From NCBI GenBank assembly GCA_963716175.1, contig OY970296.1, forward strand, positions 1,376,001-1,440,000: a DNA stretch of 64,000 bases, in the 5' to 3' direction. The notes beneath the pieces are model-generated. The model made no database searches, was not told where the DNA came from, and worked only from the letters and a program-made list of their open reading frames with translations. Below are positions 37,092-47,282 of the stretch, one piece after another. The translations under genes were made by a program, and so were the position numbers. Origin of the DNA: an uncultured Armatimonadetes bacterium. Its GTDB lineage: Bacteria; Armatimonadota; Hebobacteria; Hebobacterales; Hebobacteraceae. The stretch's first letter is position 1; each line of letters starts with the position of its first letter.

Positions 37092-38765
37092 TCAATGGTG
37101 ATGGCGGCGAGTGCTCCGCTCGGGTGGCGGCTGGGGGCGGGCGGCGCGCGCCGAAGGCGCGGGCCACGCGGTCTCGTACAGCACCCAGGTGGTGACGCCG
37201 CCGGCGAACGGATCTTGCTCGCTGCAGGTGACGGCGGGGGTGAGCAGGTCAACGCGCTGGGAGAGATTGGGGAAGTCGGAGGGGCGGATCGCCAGATACG
37301 AGGGATGAGTCTTCTGGAGGAAGGCGAGCAGATTCGAGTCGGGCGAGCCCGGGCGGCGCAGGTAGTCCAACCCCTGTTGGTCTATGGTTCCCCCCAGGTC
37401 TACCATGCGCCGGCGGGAGAAGAAGCCGATGGCGCCAATCTCCCGGCTGGCGATGGCAGCATCGGGGGCAGTGTGGTCGGCGGCCCAGCGGCCGATGTAT
37501 CCCTGGAGATCGTTCACCTTCCTCACCAGAAAGCTGTCCTGCTGCGAGGCCTTGCTGTGGGCGAACCCGGCGAGTACAGCCAAACCCGTGACCACCAAGG
37601 CGATCCCAGTGGCATGGGCGATGCGGCCGGCCCTGGTGCGCGAGGAGAGCAGGGCCTGTCCGGCAGCGCGCTTCAGGAAGAAGAGGCCCGCGCTGCCCAG
37701 GATGGCAATCACCGGGACCAGGTAGGCGACCGCCAAGGCGGCGTTGTCGGCGTCGGCATAGCGCCAGATGAAGGCCGGTGCGATCAGGGCGACGATAGGC
37801 GTCAGCACCAGCAGGAAGCTGGGGTGGCGGGAGGTGGCGCGGGCGGCGGCGAGCGCGGCTACTGGCAGACCCAGCATGGCCGCGCACAGCAGCAAGGGGT
37901 TATTGGCCCAGAGGCCGCGGGCCACGGCCCCGATCCAGGCCACGGGGGCCTGTGGACGCAGCGCCAACTCGGGCTGCTGCCAGAGCGGTCCGCCCGCCCG
38001 CGAGTTGAACACCAGATAGGGGGTCACGACCAGCCCCGCGCCCAGGAACTCGGGGAGGCTGTGCGCCAGGGCCTGGGAGAGGCGGCGTCCCAGGCGGCCG
38101 TGCCAGGCGGCCACCAGCCAGCGGTCCACCAGCAGCAGAGGCAGCACGAGGATCAGGTCCGGGCGGGCCAGGGCGGTGAGCCCCGCGGCCGCCGCGGTGG
38201 CCGTGCGCGAGCGCCTGCTACCCATCCAACCCAGGGATTGCCAGTAGATGGTGGCGGCGACCAGCAGGGCGGCCAGCGCACCTTCGCTGCCGCCCATAGC
38301 CTGCTCGATCAGTCGGGGGCTGGAGGCAACCAGCAGCCCGGCGAGGAAGGCGAAGCGCCAGTCGCCTAGCAGATCGAGGGTGATGCGCCAGGCCAGGAAG
38401 GCGGCGAGCACGACGCAGGCCACCGCGATCAGCTTGGCGCCGAAGACGAAGCCGACGAGGTAGCCCACCAGGGCGAGAGGTCCGATCCAGGCCGGGGCGG
38501 CGGCGCCGGCCACAGGCGCGCCCGGGTTGAACGTGAGGCCGTGGCCGGAGGCGACATTGCGGGCGAACACGGCCCTCGTCCACCCCAGGTCGGAGGAGAA
38601 ACCGAAGCTGCCACCCCCGTTCCACCACTCCCAGCCGGCATAGACCATAGCCAGGAGAGCAGCAAGGGAGGCGAAGAGCACGAAACTGGCAAACGTCGCC
38701 CCCACCGGAGGGGGCGACACCAGAGCATTGCGCAGTCTCACGTTGCCGGGGAGTTCGGACTCCAT
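37092..38765 (-). CDS. Multi-TM membrane protein, probable GT-C fold glycosyltransferase
   Basis: About 11-12 TM segments, FARNVASGHGLTFNPG, LARPD and periplasmic EIGAIGFF...VDLGG. Confidence 0.7.
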   Translation of the reverse strand: MESELPGNVRLRNALVSPPPVGATFASFVLFASLAALLAMVYAGWEWWNGGGSFGFSSDLGWTRAVFARNVASGHGLTFNPGAPVAGAAAPAWIGPLALVGYLVGFVFGAKLIAVACVVLAAFLAWRITLDLLGDWRFAFLAGLLVASSPRLIEQAMGGSEGALAALLVAATIYWQSLGWMGSRRSRTATAAAAGLTALARPDLILVLPLLLVDRWLVAAWHGRLGRRLSQALAHSLPEFLGAGLVVTPYLVFNSRAGGPLWQQPELALRPQAPVAWIGAVARGLWANNPLLLCAAMLGLPVAALAAARATSRHPSFLLVLTPIVALIAPAFIWRYADADNAALAVAYLVPVIAILGSAGLFFLKRAAGQALLSSRTRAGRIAHATGIALVVTGLAVLAGFAHSKASQQDSFLVRKVNDLQGYIGRWAADHTAPDAAIASREIGAIGFFSRRRMVDLGGTIDQQGLDYLRRPGSPDSNLLAFLQKTHPSYLAIRPSDFPNLSQRVDLLTPAVTCSEQDPFAGGVTTWVLYETAWPAPSARAARPQPPPERSTRRHHH

Positions 38766-38777
38766 GAGCAGGTAGCG

Positions 38778-38806
38778 ATTATAGCGGCGGCCAGGAGTGG
38801 GGTCAA
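38778..38806 (-). promoter_or_regulatory. Sigma70-type promoter, near-leaderless transcript
   Basis: TTGACC-17 bp-TATAAT ending 12 bp before the ATG at 38765. Confidence 0.65.
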
Positions 38807-38912
38807 ACGCGGCCCGCCGTGGTGCGGCCCGCGGTTGTAGGGGCGTGATTTATCATGCCCCCGGATCATGCGGGCGCAATGGATTGCGCCCCTACGCCAA
38901 GGAGCGGCCTCA

Positions 38913-40283
38913 TCACTCCACTGCCGCCGATCCCATTTCGTAGCGGCCCTGGATGCCCTTCACCGCTCTGATGGGGCCGCGGAAGAAGTAGGGGCCGAAC
39001 TGGGAGGCGAGGCGGCGCGCCTCCTCGGGGTGGTCGTCCACCAGGTTGCGGGTCTCCCGCGGATCCTCCACCAGGTGGTAGAGTTCATCCGGCTGGCCCT
39101 CGGGCCGGTGGACATAGGACCAGGTCTGGTCGCGGACGCAGCGGTCACGGGCCTCGTGATAGCCGGCGATGATGGCCGGCCGGTGAGCCTCGGTTTCTCC
39201 CTCCAAGACGCGGCGGAAAGAGCGGCCGTGCATGGCCGCGGTGTCATTGGCATGGCCCAGCAGATCGAGAATGGTGGGCAACATGTCCTGGAACTGAACC
39301 AGCGCGGGAGTGCGCAAGCCCCCGTTCCGGCCCCGGGGGAGGCGGACCAGAAACGGGCACTTCAGCTGCTCGCTGTACATGCGATCTCCGCCCTTGAGGA
39401 ACTTGCCGTGGTCTCCCAGCGGGTGGCCGTGGTCATTGGTGAGGATGATCACGGAATCGTCGAGGTAACCGAGTTCGCCCAGAGCCTGGAAGAGACGGCC
39501 GAAGCAGTGATCCACGAAGGCGGCCTCCCCGGCGTAGAGGCCGCGGATGAGGCGGATTTCCTCCGGGCTGGCCCAGGCCGACATGGGGCCCCCCATGGGC
39601 AGGATCAGGCGGGGGCCGCGATAGGCGGGATCGCGATAGGTGTCCCAGCGCGCCGGCGGATCCCAGGGCTCGTGGGGATCGAAGGAGTCAATCCACAGCA
39701 ACACCCTATCATGCGCCCGGTTGGCCTCTAACCAGGCGATGCTCTCCTCCACCACCTGGGCGGGGAACCAGTGGCGCTCCTCGGTGAAGTCGTCGGTGTT
39801 GGCGAGGAACTGGCCCACGCGGCGGCGCCAGAGGTCATCGAAGTGCGGGTTGACGTAGGCATCCAGGTCGCGGCGGGTGGGAGAAGAGAAGTAGGGGTCG
39901 TACTCCTGGCCGCGAATCCAGCGATAGGCCTGGAAGCCGCGGTGGTAGTTCATGCCGGGGGCGCGGTAGTGGTAGGTATCGGAGATGAGGCCGCAGACAT
40001 AGCCGCGGGAGCTGAGGATCTGAGCGATGGTGATGTCGGTGTCGCGCAGCGGCTCCCAGCCGCGGAAGGGTAGGGTCATCTGGCCGGTCATGAGGGAGAG
40101 GCGCACCGGCATGGTGGGCAGGCCCTCGGGATAGGCGTTGTCGAAGACGATGCAGTCCTGGGCGAAGCGATCCAGGTTGGGGGTCTGGCAGGGCGGGACA
40201 TCCGGGAAGGGACCGCGGCCCCGGTGATAGAGGCCGACGTGGTCCTGGCGCAGGGAATCCAGCACAATCACGATCACGTTCAT
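38913..40283 (-). CDS. Sulfatase-like hydrolase (alkaline phosphatase superfamily)
   Basis: IVLDSLRQDH, TPNLDRFA, PTMPVR.SLMTG, FDPHEPW, NDHG and ELYHLVEDP.E. Confidence 0.88.
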   Translation of the reverse strand: MNVIVIVLDSLRQDHVGLYHRGRGPFPDVPPCQTPNLDRFAQDCIVFDNAYPEGLPTMPVRLSLMTGQMTLPFRGWEPLRDTDITIAQILSSRGYVCGLISDTYHYRAPGMNYHRGFQAYRWIRGQEYDPYFSSPTRRDLDAYVNPHFDDLWRRRVGQFLANTDDFTEERHWFPAQVVEESIAWLEANRAHDRVLLWIDSFDPHEPWDPPARWDTYRDPAYRGPRLILPMGGPMSAWASPEEIRLIRGLYAGEAAFVDHCFGRLFQALGELGYLDDSVIILTNDHGHPLGDHGKFLKGGDRMYSEQLKCPFLVRLPRGRNGGLRTPALVQFQDMLPTILDLLGHANDTAAMHGRSFRRVLEGETEAHRPAIIAGYHEARDRCVRDQTWSYVHRPEGQPDELYHLVEDPRETRNLVDDHPEEARRLASQFGPYFFRGPIRAVKGIQGRYEMGSAAVE

Positions 40284-40284
40284 G

Positions 40285-40947
40285 TCACACCTCCGGTCTC
40301 TCCGTAGCCGCGGCAGCACGTTGCGAAGGAGTTTCCCGCTCGTGCTTGATGTGCCGCCAGATCCACCACCCGATCCCGGCGGCGATGGCGAGGAGAATGA
40401 CCATATCGAAATCGTGGAAGTACGTGCGCAGGCTCTCCCAGTGTCTGCCCATGCGGTAGCCAAGATAAGAGAGCGCCAGGCACCAGGGGAAGGAGCCCAG
40501 GAAGGTATAGAGGACGAAGCGGCCGAAGTGCATGCGGGCGATCCCGGCCGGCAGCGATATGAAGGTGCGGATCAACGGGAGCAGGCGAGAGAAGAAGACG
40601 GTGCAATCGCCATAGCGATCGAACCAGCCGTCGGCCCGCTGGAGATCTCGGCCTGAGATCAGCAAGTAGCGCCGGTAACGTTGCACCAGGGGCCGGCCGC
40701 CCCAGTAGCCCACCCAGTAGGCGATGACTGATCCCACCACGCACCCGACCGCCCCGGCCAGCCCGGTCAGCCAGAGGTTGAACTGGCCCTCCCAGACCAG
40801 GAAGCCGGAGAAGGGCATGATCACCTCCGAGGGCAGCGGGACGCAGGCCGACTCAATCGCCATCAGGGCGATGATGCCCAGATAGCCCAGGGAGGAGATG
40901 GTGCCGATGATGAAGGCGGTGATCGCCGCCAGAATCTTGGAGGCCAC
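40285..40947 (-). CDS. DedA family membrane protein
   Basis: IESACVPLPSEVIMPFSG and FFSRLLPLIRTFISLPAG. Confidence 0.93.
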   Translation of the reverse strand: MASKILAAITAFIIGTISSLGYLGIIALMAIESACVPLPSEVIMPFSGFLVWEGQFNLWLTGLAGAVGCVVGSVIAYWVGYWGGRPLVQRYRRYLLISGRDLQRADGWFDRYGDCTVFFSRLLPLIRTFISLPAGIARMHFGRFVLYTFLGSFPWCLALSYLGYRMGRHWESLRTYFHDFDMVILLAIAAGIGWWIWRHIKHERETPSQRAAAATERPEV

Positions 40948-41060
40948 ACCGTTGGATTCGGAGCACCGGGGCGAGTCTCCTGCGGAGTAAGACCGGGGGC
41001 GATACGTTGGGCAGGAGCGGAAGCTCCTGCCACTGAACCACGGATCTGCGGAGGTGAAAT

Positions 41061-42291
41061 GTGACGATCAGCATTGACAACCCGCTCTGCCGAGTGCCGG
41101 TGAGCATGATCCTGGATGACTCCTGCCCAGTGGTCAATCTCAGCCACTTCTGGATCAAGCTGCGCCATAGCCGCCGCACGGATGATATGCCGGTCGAGAT
41201 CCCGGTGTCGTTCCTGCGCAAGTTCGGGGAGTGGTGCGCGGAGCACGGGGTGAAGGGGAAGTTCAGCTACGTGCCCATGCCCGGAGGCCTGGGGACGATT
41301 GACCTGGGCCTGCCCGGCTTCTCCGGGGCTAAGCTGGCGGAATGGATCAAGGCCACCAAGGAGATCATCCGGCCCCACTGGGACCTGACCCCGGAGATGA
41401 TCACGCACTGCAAGGTGGTGGACCTGACCGACTGGAGCATGACCGAGGAATGGGAGCAGGGGGAGTGGGCGGAGAGGCCGATTCCCGCGAGAGGTGCTCG
41501 GTCCCTACATCGCGGCCGCGCTGCGCATTCTGCGCAACGTTGGGATCGCGGCGGAGGGAGTGACCAGCCCGGGGGCCTTCGGGCGCAAGGACCTGGAAGC
41601 ATATGGAGCCGCGACCCTGTGGGCGCAGAAGGAGGTCAACAAGAACCCGACTCCGTTCTTCTTCTGCGAGGTGTACGACAGCAAAGATGACCCGCTGCCT
41701 TACCCGAAGCTCTACTCGCTCGACCGGGAGAAGGGCGAGTGCTGCGCGGGCATCATCGGTGGGACCGGCGACTGGTTCGCGGGCTGGGAGGGGAACAACC
41801 GGGAGGCCATCGGCCATCCCGATCAGTGCATCACGGAGGATCTGCGGGGAGGGCGGGTGCCGGAGCTGATCGCAGCCGGCTGCCCAGCGATCATGGTGTC
41901 GCACTGGCCAGGGTTCTACTTCCAGGGCGAGGAGATCGGGTTCAGCATCTTCAAGACCGTGGTGGGCCGGGTGAACCAGCTTCCCAATATCCTGTGGATG
42001 AAAAACAGCGAGATTGCGCACTACTGGATCGCCCGCGCCATGGTGAAGATCGAGGAGACCGCGAATGGATGCAAGATCACCTCGGCCGTTCCCTGTGCGC
42101 GGTTCACGCTGCGGCTGTCCGGCGCGCAGCCGGGCGAGTGGGTGGTGAACCGCAAACCGCTGCGGGAGGTGGCGAAACCGCTCATGCTGGAACCGGGGAC
42201 GTGGGCGAGGGAGGGGGAGGATATCCTGCTGGCCTTCGGTCTGAAGGCGGGGCAGACGACGATCAAGCGCGCAAGGGAAGGACGAGCCTGA
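41061..42291 (+). CDS. Hypothetical polysaccharide-deacetylase-like (NodB-fold) protein; frameshift at ~41490
   Basis: MILDDS, GVKGKFS.VP and PEMITH, continuing in another frame as GVTSPG.FG...MVSHW. Confidence 0.6.
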
Positions 42292-42394
42292 TGCAGTAGC
42301 CTACCCCTCGCCGAGCAACGCGAGGCCTGGGGTGGGGTCGTTACCCCTCTGACCTGCCCCACCCTTGCAGACTGCGCAAGGGTAGGCTACTCTC

Positions 42395-44249
42395 TCAGCC
42401 CTTCGCCGCCTCCAGCACTCTCTTCACTGCCCTGTTGGGGTTGGTGATCTCCTCGGCCGACTCGATGGTAATGGTCGGGATGGCGCCGTGCTCCTCGTGG
42501 ATGCGCATGCGCAGCTCTTCCTCTGGTGTGCTCCCGCTGAGGCCGGAGTAGCCGATGGTGCGGCAGAGCCTGCCGAAGAGGAAATCATTGAGCGAGCAGC
42601 CGCCCGTGCGCGCCAGGCCTTCTGTGCTCTGCTGCCAACTCTGGAAGAGATGGGCCTGGGCGAAGGAGAGGCCCTGCATGGTGATCTCGTTCAGCCCCTC
42701 GCCGCCCACCACCAGCCCCTCCCCCAGCCCCGCGACGTGATCAATCAAGCGCTTCATGCCCTCCGTGGGGGTCATCCCCTCCACCAGGCAGTTATGCAGG
42801 TTCCAGGAGCAGAGGGTCACGTCAATGAACGCGCACTCCAGCTTCAGGTCCTGGGCGGCCTGGAGGATGTTCTCGCCCAGGAGGGCGCGCCACATCGCCA
42901 GGCCGGGGTGAATCTTCACCATCAGCTTCTTGTCGCGGTGATGGAGGCGGGCCTCATTGGACTCGGGGATGCCGATGCCGCCGCCCTGGTACCAGCTCCA
43001 CCCTTGCAACCGCTTGCTCTCCAGGTCGCGGTACTGGAAATCCCTGACCTGGGCGTAGGCGGGATGGCTGGGGTCCATGTCCACGGAGTTGAAGTGCGGC
43101 ATGATGTGGAAGCCCATGGCCTGGGCCTTGGCGATGAACAGCTGGCCACTCTCGCTGGCGACATAGCTGGGGTAGTTCTCATCGTACTCGTCGCTGCGCC
43201 AGCTCGGGAAATGCAGCAGCACGCTGCGCGGATCAACCTTCCTGGCCAGCGCTTCCAACACCGCGATCTCTCCCGGGCACCAGGAGACCGCCATCTTGAT
43301 CTGATGCATCCAGTCCTTGCGCCTGCGTTTCTGGACCTGAAGCTGGTAGGCCTGCCAGAGCCAGTCCCGGTAGCGGGCCGCGGGCACTCGCCAGTCGCCC
43401 TGGTAGACATTGATGCGCCAGGCGAGGCCGCCCGCGCTCAGGTTGTCATCTGATCGGCCCGTAGGCCTCGCTGTCGAGCCCGAGGGACTGGGTATCGGCC
43501 TCGGCGCCGACCTGGAGGGCCTTGTAGCGGTAGCGATCGTCCTGGGTGTGGACCCAGCATCCGCTTCCGGGGCCCTGGAGAATGGCGAGGCCGGCCTCCC
43601 ACGAGAAGGGCCAGTCCCACCGGCTGCCCTTGATCAGGGGATCTTCGAGCTTGAGCTTGACCCCCTGGAAGAAGGGCGCGACCAGCTCGAGGTCCGGGCG
43701 CAGACCCTTGAGAGTCCAGCGGCAGGCGCGCACCCCGGGCCGGGAGGAATAGGCGGAGGGCTCGAGGATGAGGTCGCCGGTCTCGGCGTCAACGGACACC
43801 GCGATCACCCCGTCGCCCTCCCAGGCGTGGAAGATGACCTCGGCCCTTTCGCCTGAGAGCTGCCGGCAGGTGATGCGGCCGAACCGGCTCTCATCTACGG
43901 GGACGGTCTCCCCGCCGCGGTAGAGCAACTGCAAGGCCGGCCCCTGGCTGACATCGAAGGGCCGGAGGAACTCCTCACCGGTGGCGCGGCTCTTCAGGGA
44001 GGTGAGGAAGCCCTTCTCGATCACCGCGGTGAGGGTGCTGGTTTCGACGGAGATGCGCTGGTCCTGCACGCGCAGCATGGCTCGACCTCCTCGACGAGAG
44101 TAGTGCCCTCCGGTGTCGTGCCCGCCGGAAGCTCCGAGCGCGCCCGACAGGCGGGAGCCGATTCCGACGGCTGCGCCGGCCGCCGCGCCAGCGGCGGTCT
44201 TCAGGAAATCGCGTCGGGTGAGCTTGGGCCCGGCTTTCTTCCTGGGCAT
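42395..44249 (-). CDS. Tat-exported GH-like hypothetical protein; frameshift at ~43450
   Basis: Twin-arginine signal TRRDFLK. Removing one A after GPI joins the two ORFs (GPIDDNLSAGGLAWRINVYQGDW). Confidence 0.65.
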
Positions 44250-44425
44250 GGGCTGGCTCCAGATAAGGGTGCGGCGGTCAGTCTAGCAGAGGGCAGCGGC
44301 AGGGGCAAGAGGACCGGATCTCGGATCCGAGATTTGGGATTTGAGAGTATCGGCGACTGCTTGGGTGCGCCCCGGCAGGAGGCGTGCGGCCCGGCGCCGA
44401 AGGCATGCGCATCGGGGATCGCGCC

Positions 44426-45964
44426 ATGCCTTACCTCTCCCTCTACCGGAAATACAGGCCCCGCAGTTTCGCCGAGATTATGGGCCAGCGGCACGTTACC
44501 CAGACCCTGGCGAACGCAGTGAAGGGAGGCCGGATCGCGCACGCCTATCTCCTCTGCGGGCCGCGGGGTACCGGGAAGACGAGCACGGCGCGGGTGCTGG
44601 CGATGGCGCTGAACTGTGAGCACGGGCCCACCCCCGACCCCTGCGGGGAATGCGAGATCTGCCGGCGCATTATCGCGGGCTCGGCCCTGGATGTGATCGA
44701 GATTGACGCCGCCTCCAACCGGGGGATAGACGAGATCCGGGAGCTGCGCGAGCGGGTGGGCCTGGCGGCGGCCGACGCCCGCACCAAGGTTTACATCATT
44801 GACGAAGTCCACATGCTGACCGGCGAGGCCTTCAACGCCTTCCTCAAGACGCTCGAGGAGCCGCCGTCGCATGTGGTCTTCGTGCTGGCCACCACCGAGC
44901 CTCACCGGGTGCTGCCCACCATTCTCTCCCGGTGTCAGCGCTTTGACTTCCACCGCATTGGCGTGGCGGAGATCGCCGGTACGGTGCGGGAGATCGCCGC
45001 CAAGGAGGGGGTGGAGATCGCCGAGAAGGCGGTGGCCATGCTCGCCCACGCCGCCGATGGGTCGGCGCGAGATGCCCTCACTCTTCTGGATCAGGCGATT
45101 GCTTACGCCGAGGGTCCGATCACGCCCGAGGTGGTGACCGAAATCCTGGGTGGGATTGACTTCGACCTGGTGGCGGACTTCACCGATGTCCTGATCGGCC
45201 GGGAGGTGCGGGCGGCGTTGGCGCAGATTGACCGGATCGTGGCCGACGGCAAGGACTTGCGCCAGTTGCTGGGCAACCTGATCGGCCACTACCGGAATCT
45301 GCTGCTGCTCGCCCTGGATCGGCGCGGCGAGGAGGCGCTGGCGCTGCCGCAGGAGTCGGTGCGGCGGCTGGCCGAGCAGGCGAAGCGCCTGTCCCCCAAT
45401 GACATCATCCGCGCCCTCGACCTCCTGGCGGAGACGGATCGGGAGCTGAGGTTCAGCAGCCAGCCCCGGCTGCTGGTGGAACTGGCGGCGGTGCGAATCT
45501 GCCGGGGGCCGGCGGCCCGCGGCGCGGCGGCGGCCGCGCCCGCGGTCGCTGAGGCAGCGGTGGCGGAGGCCGCCGCGGCCCCGGCCGGGGAGGAGGAAGC
45601 GGCCCGGGAGGAAGGCGAAGGGGGGCCGGCGGGCCTGGCCGAGATCAAGCGGGGTTGGGACGATCTGCTGGCCGATCTGCGCAAGCGGAGGCAGGCCCCG
45701 CTCTCCGCGATTCTGCGAGAGGCGGCGCCGGTGGCGCTGGAGGGTGATACTCTCACTCTGGCTTTCAACCACCAGTTTCATCACGATCAGATGGCAAGAG
45801 ACGAGAAGCGCCTGCAGACCGCGGCGGAGGCGATCCTGCGGCTGTTCGGCCGGAAGGTCACGATCAAGTGCAAGCTGGCCTCGGAGGTGGGAACCGCGGC
45901 CCCTCCCCCGAAGCGAGTGCAAGATGCTCTTACCGCGTTCCCGGGCAGCGAGCTGGAGGAATAG
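44426..45964 (+). CDS. dnaX: DNA polymerase III subunit gamma/tau
   Basis: LYRKYRP, GPRGTGKTS, PCGECEIC, EIDAASN, IIDEVHML, LEEPP and SRCQ. Confidence 0.96.
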   Translation: MPYLSLYRKYRPRSFAEIMGQRHVTQTLANAVKGGRIAHAYLLCGPRGTGKTSTARVLAMALNCEHGPTPDPCGECEICRRIIAGSALDVIEIDAASNRGIDEIRELRERVGLAAADARTKVYIIDEVHMLTGEAFNAFLKTLEEPPSHVVFVLATTEPHRVLPTILSRCQRFDFHRIGVAEIAGTVREIAAKEGVEIAEKAVAMLAHAADGSARDALTLLDQAIAYAEGPITPEVVTEILGGIDFDLVADFTDVLIGREVRAALAQIDRIVADGKDLRQLLGNLIGHYRNLLLLALDRRGEEALALPQESVRRLAEQAKRLSPNDIIRALDLLAETDRELRFSSQPRLLVELAAVRICRGPAARGAAAAAPAVAEAAVAEAAAAPAGEEEAAREEGEGGPAGLAEIKRGWDDLLADLRKRRQAPLSAILREAAPVALEGDTLTLAFNHQFHHDQMARDEKRLQTAAEAILRLFGRKVTIKCKLASEVGTAAPPPKRVQDALTAFPGSELEE

Positions 45965-45997
45965 CCCGGGCCTGGCCGGAGGAAAGGAGATGCGGAG

Positions 45998-46327
45998 GTG
46001 AAGATCCCGGGCGGAGGCTCGCTGCAGCGGCAGTTGATGAGGCAGATGGAGAAGTTCCAGGAGGACCTGAAGGCCACTCAAGATGAGCTGGCGAAGATGC
46101 GGATCGAGGCGAGCGCGGGCGGAGGCGCAGTGACGGCGGTAGTGACCGGCGCCGGTGAGCTGCTGGAGCTGCGCATCGCCTCGGAGGCGGTGGACCCGAA
46201 TGATGTTGGCATGCTGCAAGACCTGGTGCTGGCCGCGGTGCGAGAGGCGCTGGAAAACGCGCGGAAGACCCAGGAGGAAAGGATGGGGGCGCTGACCGGC
46301 GGCCTGGGCTTTCCCGGTTTTTTCTAG
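45998..46327 (+). CDS. ybaB: YbaB/EbfC nucleoid-associated protein
   Basis: ASAGGGAVTAVVTG...DPNDVGMLQDLVLAAV. Lies between dnaX and recR. Confidence 0.93.
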   Translation: MKIPGGGSLQRQLMRQMEKFQEDLKATQDELAKMRIEASAGGGAVTAVVTGAGELLELRIASEAVDPNDVGMLQDLVLAAVREALENARKTQEERMGALTGGLGFPGFF

Positions 46328-46529
46328 CCGGGGCGAGTGCCATGCGTTACCAAGACCCCTCGCTTCGCGCGGAGTGACAGATCAGGGGCGGATGACAGAC
46401 TAATGAATGTCGCCCGAAGAAGTGATGGGCGACATTCATGGAAAGCCAGGAAATGCCTGAAGAAAGACGTTCGCGCAATGTTACTTCATTGCGCGAACGT
46501 CAGTAGACGCGGACCGGTTCCAACCACCT

Positions 46530-47128
46530 ATGCCTGCATATCCACAGCCGCTGGCGCGGCTCATTGAGGAGCTGGAGAAGCTGCCGGGCGTCGGGCCCAA
46601 GACGGCCCAGCGCCTGGCGTTGCATTTGCTGGAGGGCAGCCAGGAGGAGGCAGCGGCTCTGGCCGAGGCCATCCTGGAGGTGAAGGCGAGGATCCACGCC
46701 TGCCCGGTGTGCTTCAACCTCACCGATGCCGATCGCTGCGCCATCTGCTCTGACCCGCAGCGAGACCAGGGACTGCTGTGCGTGGTCTCGGACCCCAGGG
46801 ACCTGCTGGCGATGGAGCGGGGCGGCAGCTACCGGGGCCGCTATCACGTGCTGCAGGGGCAGATCTCGCCCATGGAGGGGGTAGGGCCGGAGTCGCTGCG
46901 CATCCGGGAGCTGCTGGAGCGGGTGCGGGAGGGGAAGGTGTCGGAGGTGATCTTGGCCACCAATCCCACGGCCGAGGGCGATGCTACCGCCATGTACCTC
47001 GCGGGCCTGCTGAAGCCGCTGGGGGTGAAGGTGAGCCGGATCGCGCTGGGGCTGCCGGTGGGGGGGACCTGGACTACGCCGACCAGGTGACCATCGCCCG
47101 CTCCCTGGAGGGCCGGCGGGAGATGTAG
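46530..47128 (+). CDS. recR: Recombination mediator RecR; homopolymer frameshift at ~47063
   Basis: LPGVGPKTAQRLA, C4 zinc finger and EVILATNPTAEG. Adding one G to the G-run restores [26 protein letters not shown]. Confidence 0.93.
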
Positions 47129-47282
47129 CCATCCCCCCTTCCGCCAGGAATCCCCGCCGGGTCTGGCGAAACGTTTCGTGGTGGCAGTGCGTCTAAGCAC
47201 TCCGAAGGGGCCGAAGACCCGGCAGTCGCCGCTTCCCCTCGCGCGTTCCGCCCGTGCCGGTGCGCTCGTGGTGGAGGGTTTA

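Noticed and set aside
44250-44425. SRP RNA (ffs) or tRNA upstream of dnaX
   Set aside because: I found no SRP domain IV motif (…GGAAG…AGCAG) and no cloverleaf.
44426-45964. Programmed frameshift in dnaX (gamma/tau)
   Set aside because: No A-AAA-AAG slippery site or poly-A tract was seen.
46530-47128. recR and other split genes as true pseudogenes
   Set aside because: Each has a single indel with otherwise intact motifs, so sequencing error is more parsimonious.
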